Notes: generated from the letters alone by a model not told the origin. Shown: positions 47,001 through 53,052, numbered from the stretch's first letter. The stretch: DNA of 64,000 nt from an uncultured Candidatus Saccharibacteria bacterium (GCA_964615415.1 CAZTNI010000001.1:240746-304745); one strand, 5' to 3'. A program made the numbers and translations.

Positions 47001-48059
47001 TCTACGATCACGGGTATTGTGTTTGCGCGAGATGCAACAGGTACTCTGTATTTGGATGATATAAAATTCATCGCAACCTCTACCTCAGGAAGCCCTGCAA
47101 CATCAACGGTCCGCTACATCCATACAGATCATCTTGGTGGTACCAACGTTGTCACAAATGCGAGTGGTGCGGTGGTAGAAACAATTGACTACTATCCATA
47201 TGGAGAGACTCGTCTTGATGCGAAGGTTGGGACTTATGGAGGAGAAAAGAATAAATATGCGGGTACTGAGTATGACGCAGGTAGTGGTTTGAACTACATG
47301 CAGGCACGTTATCAAAGCCCAACTCGCGGAAACTTCATATCGCAGGATCCGGTGTTCTGGGAGATTGATATTACTAATGATGGTAAAGCAGTTCTCTCAA
47401 ACCCTCAACTTCAAAATTCATACAGTTATGCTGGCAATAATCCAATCGTAAGTAAAGATCCATCTGGAAGATTCCTAGACACCATTCTCGATTTAGGATT
47501 TATAGCTTACGATGTATACAAAGTTGGCCAGGCGGCCTTCACTGGCGGAAATGTTGGTGAGCAGTTAGGATACTTAGGGCTTGATGTAGCTGGGGCAGCC
47601 GTACCATTTGTCACAGGTGCGGGAGTAGCTGCTAGAGGAGTTAAAGCTGCTAATGCGGTAGCAGATGCAGCCGGCGGCGCCAACAAAGCAGGTAATGCTG
47701 CTCAGGCGGCTAATACCGCAGTAAAATCACTACCGGACTCGACGTTGGTCTGCAGAGGAGGAGGTTGCTCGGTGGAAAGTTTTATTAAGGGCAGTAATGA
47801 AGGAAGGGCGGGTCTTAATCCAAGTCCAACAACTCCTCTTACTGGGGTATCAGTAAATATGGGGGGTTCAAAAAATGCACTTATTAGCAATTTGCCTGGT
47901 GACTACCCTAAAGCAGGTTTTACATTCACCAATCAAATACAAAAACTTGGTGGCAATGCAGTATCTAGCCCTTCTCTTAATAATCCTTTCCACGGTCTAA
48001 TCAACGGCCTCAGTGCCCAGCAATTGAATAATATTTTTAAAGTAGAAAAGATAAAATAA
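41019..48059 (+). CDS. Giant secreted Tc-toxin/RHS-type polymorphic toxin: SpvB/TcB-like N-terminal domain, FG-GAP-like region, YD/RHS repeats, RHS repeat-associated core, unassigned C-terminal toxin domain
   Basis: 2346-aa ORF with a signal peptide and an acidic linker. The SpvB motif (…GLQPDLSLLYNSLQYEDGSLVGFGWGLTIPYIERLNRTGVDRLY…) is followed by many YD repeats (YTYDALNRL, YSYDALGNI, YAYDANGNL, YAYDQDGNR). The RHS core reads RYIHTDHLGGTNVVTNASGAVVETIDYYPYGE…ARYQSPTRGNFISQDPVFW. Confidence 0.85.
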   Translation: MNFFPLLIAGPGKIALRLMGMILVVSFFLSPLAPVFAQEADPGAGSETPVAEELLTEEPSEADTSTETSEEPVVEESDPTPTDPTEETSSEEVSESEISELTEESEEDSLLEEELEPEEDSLMSSSGGDQGTGEAVDYAAAGAQAKVDAFGALVQKIQIEVPPGRNGLQPDLSLLYNSLQYEDGSLVGFGWGLTIPYIERLNRTGVDRLYTDNYFSSSMYGELASTSVPGEYRPRTENGDFVKFVFQNNIWTAYDKQGTQYKYGSTTGSQVYDTASSTQVGVWMLQEVRDTNNNYIKYNYQKSDNQIYPSTIIYTGNESTDGIFSVSFSRQTRPDPIFSYKYGFLVETKDRINQITVAVSSSTVRSYALAYTSGNNGYRSMLSSVTETYVNPDGTSVAYAPWQFAYTNQTLSFTDQVEKEEGGYRSPAFVRTDLNGNGLLDIVASFVDWSPAVQKNLRVINNGNFSFTSSGTFSPGSTDVQVTWANANPSPSWLVSSDPGVRLMDINGDALPDVVQSYVCQVTCSTSIQQYFLNLGNGQWQSTAATTTGWNYIVRDQPGTSIPHATIAIIGNVNGDTVDDIFPYEVNYFASTGGGSPRWTSNQGQLVDLNHDGLDDAFARFGTTASTSINRGGTIGITTASTSFSYTATFNGPSAYEDNVDKGIRIMDINNDGLPDLVRSYLFSGGYSSHGDGQYVPQDTSSSTQIYINTGVGWTRMQNPPAIPVISNPSSQSGFWTGAQLIEAVWDQDGDGDAEIGTYTNNMSRQDLLKQITLPTGGYVYATSTPTTQQFTGSQAHHPNSVVPVWTVSEITHDDGNGTRETSRYSYKDGTLWYGGINNRKYAGFASTTESYYGLTTKYYHQGDETDSSRGEYQDSFAKIGKMYRVERTNNDGVVYAKTIYKWDQATTTYGNVFAKLVQKVDMEYNGDGTHKDRAETYTYDNASGNLTEKKEWGEVTASDDGSFSDTGSDIFVTTYTYATVNASSTVSLLASQLKTDQGANTVNESKFYYDSQSFGSATVGNLTKAEKRINPTTFASTTKTYNSYGLPTQQKDENNNATTYVYDAFNLYPATSTNALSQSTKYQYNYALGKLATTTDSNNQTWVKKYDGHGRLLEVQVPDPATSTARVIKTTYTYTDTPLAVSVKKSSYLDATNIVDSYTYYDGLGHAIQTKQEAEGGEWITKDVSYNVRGRVFTETLPYPTTNYVKSSPTATTTLYTNYMYDPLNRVTESHTVVGTTTNTYDDWKKTVTNPLGIAKSFYNDAYDNLVRVDETNSGSTYTTLYTWDGNGALTGITDALSNIRSFTYDMLGRRTQATDLRASGDGTYGTYTYTYDPAGNMKSKVTPVGSTINYTYDALNRLKTEDYTGQAGTETTYTYDACTLGAGKLCVASSTASVVGYAYTPAGLVKTATTTVLGTPTVFTTSSTYDRQGNQTTLTYPDGMEVKYTYNAGGYIETVQKKEASEGSFSNIVSNFNYSPVGQVSRTEYANGAVTTNTYDPATLYRLSNKQTILGGSQQAQNISYSYDALGNILQVTDASNTAAAKTVNYSYDDLSRLVTASTTNATSSPNYRYTYAYNALGNITNGPLGVYTYAGTNYANPHAATAIATTSGGGGGVATTTTHTVFADALTPGWNDWSYNAVLDLNATTTYAGSKAIKVTYSVAWGGSYLQKTAGIQVGTSTALQLALRSTSSSPDVTIDIYGTNDAYLGYADPTDYIGGPIAANTWYLLTIPFSDFGATSTISGIVVARDTPGVLYIDELKTVATSTGGGGSVATTTLAYDANGNLTSDGTFTYTWDYLNRMTQSGNGTATSTYAYDQDGNRVKIVEAGVTTIFPNKFYNAMLGGAGTTTKHIYAGDMLLSTIENTNTAAATTTTHTVFTDALAAGWNDWSYNATLNVNETAVVYSGAKSAKITYSAPWGGAYIQKTGVNVSTSTALQFAIRQPVTTVDVDLDIYGANDQYLGYVNIENFVPGGVLLSNTWQVATIPLSAMGATSTITGIVFARDATGTLYLDDIKFIATSTSGSPATSTVRYIHTDHLGGTNVVTNASGAVVETIDYYPYGETRLDAKVGTYGGEKNKYAGTEYDAGSGLNYMQARYQSPTRGNFISQDPVFWEIDITNDGKAVLSNPQLQNSYSYAGNNPIVSKDPSGRFLDTILDLGFIAYDVYKVGQAAFTGGNVGEQLGYLGLDVAGAAVPFVTGAGVAARGVKAANAVADAAGGANKAGNAAQAANTAVKSLPDSTLVCRGGGCSVESFIKGSNEGRAGLNPSPTTPLTGVSVNMGGSKNALISNLPGDYPKAGFTFTNQIQKLGGNAVSSPSLNNPFHGLINGLSAQQLNNIFKVEKIK

Positions 48060-48060
48060 T

Positions 48061-48513
48061 ATGAAAATAAAAAATGAATCAGATTTTGTAAATGCAGATA
48101 GTAAATTGAATCTGCGGAAAATCTCTTCTAATGAAATAGAGATAACCGACGTCTATGACATCTGGGATGGGCCTTTAAGTGGTAGCTGTCTCTGGGAAAA
48201 TAAAGATTATTATTTTTTCTCTTTTGATCAACTTGAGGATGATAAATCTGGTGATCGCTGGCCAAGAAAATACATTTTAGTTAGCTTAGATTCTGAGCAA
48301 AAGCAAACTGAAGAAGAATTAAAAAACCTTTATTCGGCTTTGAAAAAAGGTGAATTTACCGCCGAAGAATATAGCAACAAATTAGAAAGAATTCCAAAGT
48401 TACAAATAGAAAATAAGCAAATTGTTGGATGGTTTGATTCTGAAGATGTTGAAAAAAATGGAACTCCAACAAGATTCATGCAATCCTATTTTTCGTGGAA
48501 AGAAAAGAATTAA
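48061..48513 (+). CDS. Candidate cognate immunity protein of the RHS C-terminal toxin
   Basis: 150-aa ORF starting 2 nt after the RHS stop. It is markedly AT-rich relative to the RHS gene. That is the typical position and composition for an RhsI-type immunity gene. Confidence 0.55.
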   Translation: MKIKNESDFVNADSKLNLRKISSNEIEITDVYDIWDGPLSGSCLWENKDYYFFSFDQLEDDKSGDRWPRKYILVSLDSEQKQTEEELKNLYSALKKGEFTAEEYSNKLERIPKLQIENKQIVGWFDSEDVEKNGTPTRFMQSYFSWKEKN

Positions 48514-48608
48514 TTCTCTATTTTTGCTTCCATAAAACGCCCATACTGTTACAAACTTTATGGGGTCTGACCCCAATTCCAAATCTAAAGAATAATAAAA
48601 AATAAATT

Positions 48609-48797
48609 ATGCATATTAAAATTGATAAGGATGTAGGTACGGCTTATATTTACATAGCGGACAACCCAGAAGATCTAAAAGGCTCTGTCCGTTCCGAGCC
48701 AGTCAACTCAGATCTGATTATTGACTACACTCCAGACGGAAAATTATTTGGAATTGAAATTCTTAACCTGAAACTTCTCGATCTTGGTGAGAAATGA
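48609..48797 (+). CDS. DUF2283-like small protein (toxin-antitoxin associated family)
   Basis: MHIKIDKDVGTAYIYIADNPEDLKGSVRSEPVNSDLIIDYTPDGKLFGIEILNLKLL resembles DUF2283 (antitoxin partner of DUF4258). Confidence 0.5.
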   Translation: MHIKIDKDVGTAYIYIADNPEDLKGSVRSEPVNSDLIIDYTPDGKLFGIEILNLKLLDLGEK

Positions 48798-48818
48798 AAG
48801 CTAATTGAGAGGCTAAGT

Positions 48819-49144
48819 ATGATTAATAATTCACGGGATAAATATATTAATCTTGCAGTTCAGTATGGTGAGTATAAAAAGAATGGAGAAGCTGAACTTG
48901 CCAACAAGGTACATCAGCAACTCTCTGAAACATCCGACGCAATAAAAAAATTGATCCAGAGGGTTTTGATTTCATTGCTAGTCCTATGAATCACCCTGAA
49001 CCATTTGTAAGACTGTGGGCCGCAACTGATTCAAAAGATTATAAACCAAAGGAGGCGAGAGCAACTTTACGGGAACTCAAATACAACAAAGACGTAGCGG
49101 GGCTAGATGCTTGGGCGTTGTTAAGCATGTGGGGAGAGGAATAA
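48819..49144 (+). pseudogene. Frameshifted (or phase-variable) ~105-aa gene split at an A7 homopolymer
   Basis: Frame 1 (ATG 48819) reads MINNSRDKYINLAVQYGEYKKNGEAELANKVHQQLSETSDAIKK and terminates after the A7 run at 48943-48949. The -1/+1 frame continues as …IDPEGFDFIASPMNHPEPFVRLWAATDSKDYKPKEARATLRELKYNKDVAGLDAWALLSMWGEE* (stop at 49142-49144). Confidence 0.5.
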
Positions 49145-49253
49145 AAAACTTCTGAAATACAGGTTGTAGAGTTGGGGTCAGGGTCCCTTCAATGACAAAA
49201 TCTATATTGCCAGGCTCTTGCGACTGATGGTGCGGTAAAAGTGTAAAAGAAAT

Positions 49254-49288
49254 CGCCCCGACACTTCATGTGTCGGGGCTGTTTTTTA
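49254..49288 (-). terminator. Rho-independent terminator immediately downstream of the minus-strand gene 49286-49837
   Basis: CGCCCCGACAC-TTCA-TGTGTCGGGGC hairpin with flanking T/A tracts. Confidence 0.7.
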
Positions 49289-49837
49289 TCCTGCTTTTTC
49301 GACTGCGGCGCGGGCAGTTTCTTCCATCGTCTTGTAGATAGGGAAATCGTACCCCAGAAGGAGCGTAGTGTTACGCTCTACCATGTCGAGTCCGGAAAAT
49401 CCTTCCTCGCCGCCTATAACGACACGAGTCTCTTTTCGGTAGAACATGTGCGCTCGCCACTCGCCAAGTTCGCCGTAGGAGTCGCGGCCGTAGGGGCCGG
49501 CTTCCGGTGCACGGGGCTCGCGTTGCTCTTCTGCCCAAAAGAGGATGCAGCCTCGCGGGGTGTGCCACGCGGCCCGTGCAAGGTAGTGCCGCTCCCAGTC
49601 GAGCTGTCGATCAAAGATGTCCGCACCCTCTTGCAGGAAGTAGCCAGCAAGTGGGTGTGTGTTATTCCACCTTGCGGGGCAGGCTATGACGCAGTTGCCA
49701 TCCGTCGCTTGGCGCAGGTGCACGACCATTTCGTGTTGCCAGTCGCCGCCACCGCGGATAGGCCCGCCAAGGAAGAAGAAGGGAAGGTCTTCGAATTCCC
49801 GAAGGTCGGGACAATATTTCGGAACAATAATGCGCAT
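49286..49837 (-). CDS. Nucleoside 2-deoxyribosyltransferase-like (Rossmann/SLOG-type) protein, GC-rich
   Basis: N-terminal FFFLGGPIRGGGDW motif typical of the nucleoside 2-deoxyribosyltransferase/LOG-like fold. GC content is much higher than the flanking AT-rich genes. The family assignment is tentative. Confidence 0.45.
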   Translation of the reverse strand: MRIIVPKYCPDLREFEDLPFFFLGGPIRGGGDWQHEMVVHLRQATDGNCVIACPARWNNTHPLAGYFLQEGADIFDRQLDWERHYLARAAWHTPRGCILFWAEEQREPRAPEAGPYGRDSYGELGEWRAHMFYRKETRVVIGGEEGFSGLDMVERNTTLLLGYDFPIYKTMEETARAAVEKAG

Positions 49838-49917
49838 GTGTTCTCCTTTTGTATGTACCTAGCGGCACTATACCGAAAGAGAAGTGTATTTGCCAGGCGT
49901 ATACTTACACTCAATAT

Positions 49918-50139
49918 ATGAGGACGATAAGCGTGCGCGTAACGGCGGGAGCAAAGAAAGAAAAGGTGGAGGAACTTGCAAACGGCCGGCTTGCTATCGC
50001 TGTTAAAGAAAAGCCCGAGCAAGGCAAAGCAAACGAACGGGTGTTGGAGTTGGTTGCAGCACACCTTAAAGTGCCGCGTAAAAAAGTAAGCATTACCCGC
50101 GGCAGCAAAAGCCCGTCTAAAATAATTACCGTCCGATGA
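49918..50139 (+). CDS. DUF167/YggU family protein
   Basis: MRTISVRVTAGAKKEKVEEL…LAIAVKEKPEQGKANERVLELVAAHLKVPRKKVSITRGSKSPSKIITV matches UPF0235/YggU. The start was trimmed to the ATG at 49918. Confidence 0.6.
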   Translation: MRTISVRVTAGAKKEKVEELANGRLAIAVKEKPEQGKANERVLELVAAHLKVPRKKVSITRGSKSPSKIITVR

Positions 50140-50201
50140 ACTTTGCGGGACCTGACCCAATTCCCAGTCTCAACAAATAGGTCTACAATAAAGAAACTTT
50201 C

Positions 50202-50450
50202 ATGGAATTAGTATTACAAATAGGCATTCTTGTGATAGGAGGCTGGTTTGCTTATATAGGAGGTCGGACTTTGTTCTCAAAAAAATACTACGTATCAAAG
50301 ATTGAAAATATAAAAGGTAAAACGGTTGATAATGCATATAAAAATCTGCCACGCTGGAGAATATGGTTTACTCGGTACGATTATTCGACACAATGGCTGA
50401 TTCTTGGTGTCGGGCTACTCACTCTTTTTGTCTTTAGTTTATTTAAGTAA
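50202..50450 (+). CDS. Small 2-TM membrane protein (orphan immunity-like)
   Basis: 82 aa, AT-rich. First of three tandem small TM genes. Confidence 0.4.
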   Translation: MELVLQIGILVIGGWFAYIGGRTLFSKKYYVSKIENIKGKTVDNAYKNLPRWRIWFTRYDYSTQWLILGVGLLTLFVFSLFK

Positions 50451-50456
50451 ATTCTT

Positions 50457-50723
50457 ATGGATGTTCAACAACTTATACTCACTATCCTTGGAACTGGTTT
50501 AGTCATATTTTGCTACTTTAACTGGGTTAAAGCCAAAGATAAGGAATTTCTATTCTTAGGAGTATCTGCTCTGATAGGTTTGTTATTTGCGGGTGCAAAA
50601 TATCTTCCTGTTTCTTCTGAATTTAATCAAGCAAGGGCCGGCATAGGAGTTATCGTTCTTTCAATTCTGTTCCTTTTAGTTTTACGAATGGGATATAAGT
50701 TGTGGTTCAAAAAAAGAAAATGA
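50457..50723 (+). CDS. Small 2-TM membrane protein (orphan immunity-like)
   Basis: 88 aa, AT-rich. Confidence 0.4.
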   Translation: MDVQQLILTILGTGLVIFCYFNWVKAKDKEFLFLGVSALIGLLFAGAKYLPVSSEFNQARAGIGVIVLSILFLLVLRMGYKLWFKKRK

Positions 50724-50750
50724 TCCATATTTAAGTTATTAACATATCTT

Positions 50751-51002
50751 ATGTTGGATTCTTTTTTAATCGTATTGGTCCAGGCTGGAATCTCAGTGAT
50801 TGTAGGAGTAATGGCAATTTTTTACAGGAAACGCCTGACTCGTGAATTTACAGCAAAATTTATCCAGGTATATGGAAATTTTTTCAATTCTAAAAAAGTT
50901 TTTACTTCAAAGTTCTTCAATGATTATTTAGAAGTGGGTTTTGTAGTATTTGGAATTTGCGCCTTGATATTTGCTTTTTTCAATATTGTTAGGTCGATAT
51001 AA
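50751..51002 (+). CDS. Small 2-TM membrane protein (orphan immunity-like)
   Basis: 83 aa, AT-rich. Confidence 0.4.
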   Translation: MLDSFLIVLVQAGISVIVGVMAIFYRKRLTREFTAKFIQVYGNFFNSKKVFTSKFFNDYLEVGFVVFGICALIFAFFNIVRSI

Positions 51003-51015
51003 AATATTTAAGTCG

Positions 51016-51339
51016 ATGAGCAAGACTTTTAGCGAAAAGGTGGTGGAACTCGCACTTTCTGTACCGCCTGGGCGGGTGACTACTTATGGCCGGATTGCTA
51101 TTGCGGCAGGGGGAGGAAGCATGGCCTCGCAAAGCATTTCTAATATTCTTTGGCGCGCGCAGCAGGAAAGAGGAATAAAAAATATACCCTGGCACCGGAT
51201 AGTCTATGCCGATGGAAAAGTGTGGCTCGACGAAGAGCATAAAAAGAAGAGACTGGCGTTGTATAAGAAGGAGAAAATTGTCTTAGATAAAAATAATAGG
51301 ATAGAAAATTTCGTAGATAAACTTTGGGAGTTTAAATAA
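51016..51339 (+). CDS. Alkyltransferase-like protein (ATL; Ogt C-terminal DNA-binding domain with Trp replacing the active-site Cys)
   Basis: VTTYGRIA…PWHRIV: the Ogt PCHRV motif carries W instead of C, which is diagnostic of ATL DNA-damage sensors. Confidence 0.7.
   Translation: MSKTFSEKVVELALSVPPGRVTTYGRIAIAAGGGSMASQSISNILWRAQQERGIKNIPWHRIVYADGKVWLDEEHKKKRLALYKKEKIVLDKNNRIENFVDKLWEFK
51301..51339. repeat. Left copy of a 39-bp imperfect direct repeat flanking the DUF2726 gene (right copy 51901-51939)
   Basis: ATAGAAAATTTCGTAGATAAACTTTGGGAGTTTAAATAA aligns with CCAGAAAACTTCGTAGACAAACTTTGGAAGTTTAAGTAG at about 32 of 39 positions. Both copies span the stop codon of the preceding gene. Confidence 0.75.
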
Positions 51340-51364
51340 AGAAATATGCTAGGCTAGGAGCTAT

Positions 51365-51916
51365 ATGGATGAGCTACAGATTATATCCTCAATTTCGCCA
51401 CAAACTCTCGGCATTTTAATTTTTGGAATAGTGATATTTGTTGCCGCTGTGTTGTTGGGATTGTCTGTAAAGGAAAAAGTAAACACACCGGTTACCAAAA
51501 TACCAAGCTTTTATAAGAAGAAAGAATATCTTTTTGACTCCATCTCAGAATTTAATTTACATAAAACTCTTGTAGAACTTTTTAGCGATCGTTTTTATAT
51601 TTTCTCTCAAATTCAATACAGTCACCTGGTCGAACCTAAACCAGATCTTTGGTGGGAAATGCGAAGACATAGAAGCAGAATTGATAGAAAATCCGCAGAT
51701 TTTGTCTTGTGTGACAAAGAACGTGTTGTACCACAGCTCGTGATCGAATTAGACGGCAGTAGTCATGAGCTAGAAAGGAAGCAAGAAAGAGATCAATTTA
51801 TAAACGAGACTATGGAAGCAGTGGGTCTTCCTATCCTGCATCTATATACGAATCGATTGAATAAGGACTACGTAAAAGAGGAGGTGGAAAGAATATTGTC
51901 CCAGAAAACTTCGTAG
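51365..51916 (+). CDS. DUF2726-type (PD-(D/E)xK/Vsr-like) nuclease domain protein with N-terminal TM
   Basis: ADFVLCDKERVVPQLVIELDGSSHE…RDQFINETMEAVGLPILHL. Confidence 0.6.
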   Translation: MDELQIISSISPQTLGILIFGIVIFVAAVLLGLSVKEKVNTPVTKIPSFYKKKEYLFDSISEFNLHKTLVELFSDRFYIFSQIQYSHLVEPKPDLWWEMRRHRSRIDRKSADFVLCDKERVVPQLVIELDGSSHELERKQERDQFINETMEAVGLPILHLYTNRLNKDYVKEEVERILSQKTS

Positions 51917-52007
51917 ACAAACTTTGGAAGTTTAAGTAGTAAACCCTATCTTCCTCGGCGTGACACAAGGCTCTGTAGGGGAGCGGAGGATGGAACGTTC
52001 GTAGCAC

Positions 52008-52856
52008 TCACTGCACTTGCTTCAATGTTTCAATTCTTTTTTTCCAAACAGACACGTACTCTTTTTTTGTGTTCTCGCAAGAGGATAACCAGTCTCTAAA
52101 ATCTCTCTTTTGTCCTTTGTCCAAAATATATCTATCAATGTATTCAATTAAAAAAGCCGAGGTCCTTAGACACATGCTTATGATCCAAAACCGTTCATTG
52201 TAAGATTCTTCTTTATAGTAGTAAGGATTTCCGTGAAGTATCTCAGAAATGCTTGAATATATTTCATATGTTCTTTCAATTCCAAAAACTTTTATAGAGT
52301 ATGAAGAGAATCGATTCATATTCGCAGGAGTCAAAAGAATTTCTTTTTGTGCAGCAAAAAGTTTATTATCTCTCATCCAATTTTTTGATAATAATTCAGG
52401 ATTTTGTGGAAAATCTGGTTTTGCTCTTGCGATGAAATCTTTATAGAGCTTAAAAGTCTCATCGTAATAAGGATATTTTCCATTACTATTTTTCAACGTC
52501 TTTGCAATCAATAGAGAATGTGCGATGCAGAAAATTGCTTTGTCGTCGTTACTCGGGCAGTTAATTTCTAGATGTACAAAGTTGGCGTAAATGTCCAACA
52601 GAGTGCGTACATTTGGTAACAAATAAATATATTTCTTTTCATCTTCACTTTGCGCTTCAACACCAAGAAAATCTAAAATTTCTTTGTATCGTTTCAGTGC
52701 TCGTATCTGATATATCCGAATAGCAGAGTCGGCAGCTGAAATAGTAAAAGCCTCCTCTTGAAGAGGAGTGAATACCTTAATCCTTTCATCAAAAAGAATA
52801 GAGGCTTGTTTGATAAGGTCTAGTTGGCTATCAATTACTTCCTTGTCTGACTTCAT
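52008..52856 (-). CDS. Hypothetical protein, AT-rich orphan (282 aa)
   Basis: Long ORF on the minus strand with strongly AT-biased composition. No recognisable motif. Confidence 0.5.
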   Translation of the reverse strand: MKSDKEVIDSQLDLIKQASILFDERIKVFTPLQEEAFTISAADSAIRIYQIRALKRYKEILDFLGVEAQSEDEKKYIYLLPNVRTLLDIYANFVHLEINCPSNDDKAIFCIAHSLLIAKTLKNSNGKYPYYDETFKLYKDFIARAKPDFPQNPELLSKNWMRDNKLFAAQKEILLTPANMNRFSSYSIKVFGIERTYEIYSSISEILHGNPYYYKEESYNERFWIISMCLRTSAFLIEYIDRYILDKGQKRDFRDWLSSCENTKKEYVSVWKKRIETLKQVQ

Positions 52857-53016
52857 ATCGGCGCTTTAGGAGACCGTCCCATAATACATTAATTCTGTTC
52901 TGATCTCGTTCCACGCGGCGCAGTATGTTAATTTTGCTATACTTCACTCATGCAAAAGATACACCTTTCCACTTTTATAAATGCTTTGCGGAAAGGGTAG
53001 TAGATTAAAAAATAAA

Positions 53017-53047
53017 GGACCGCGCTGGGCGGTCCTTTTTCTTTGGT
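53017..53047. terminator. Bidirectional Rho-independent terminator
   Basis: AAAGGACCGCGCTGGGCGGTCCTTTTTCTTT. Confidence 0.7.
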
Positions 53048-53052
53048 TGCTG

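Noticed and set aside
41019-48059. Numerous short antisense/alternate-frame ORFs inside the RHS gene (e.g. 41006-41323 -, 45508-45837 +, 45853-46257 +)
   Set aside because: They are embedded in a continuous 2346-aa reading frame with clear domain homology. They are repeat-induced open frames, not genes.
49371-49689. Cluster of overlapping 60-80-aa ORFs on both strands
   Set aside because: All lie within the GC-rich 49286-49837 gene. High GC inflates spurious ORFs.
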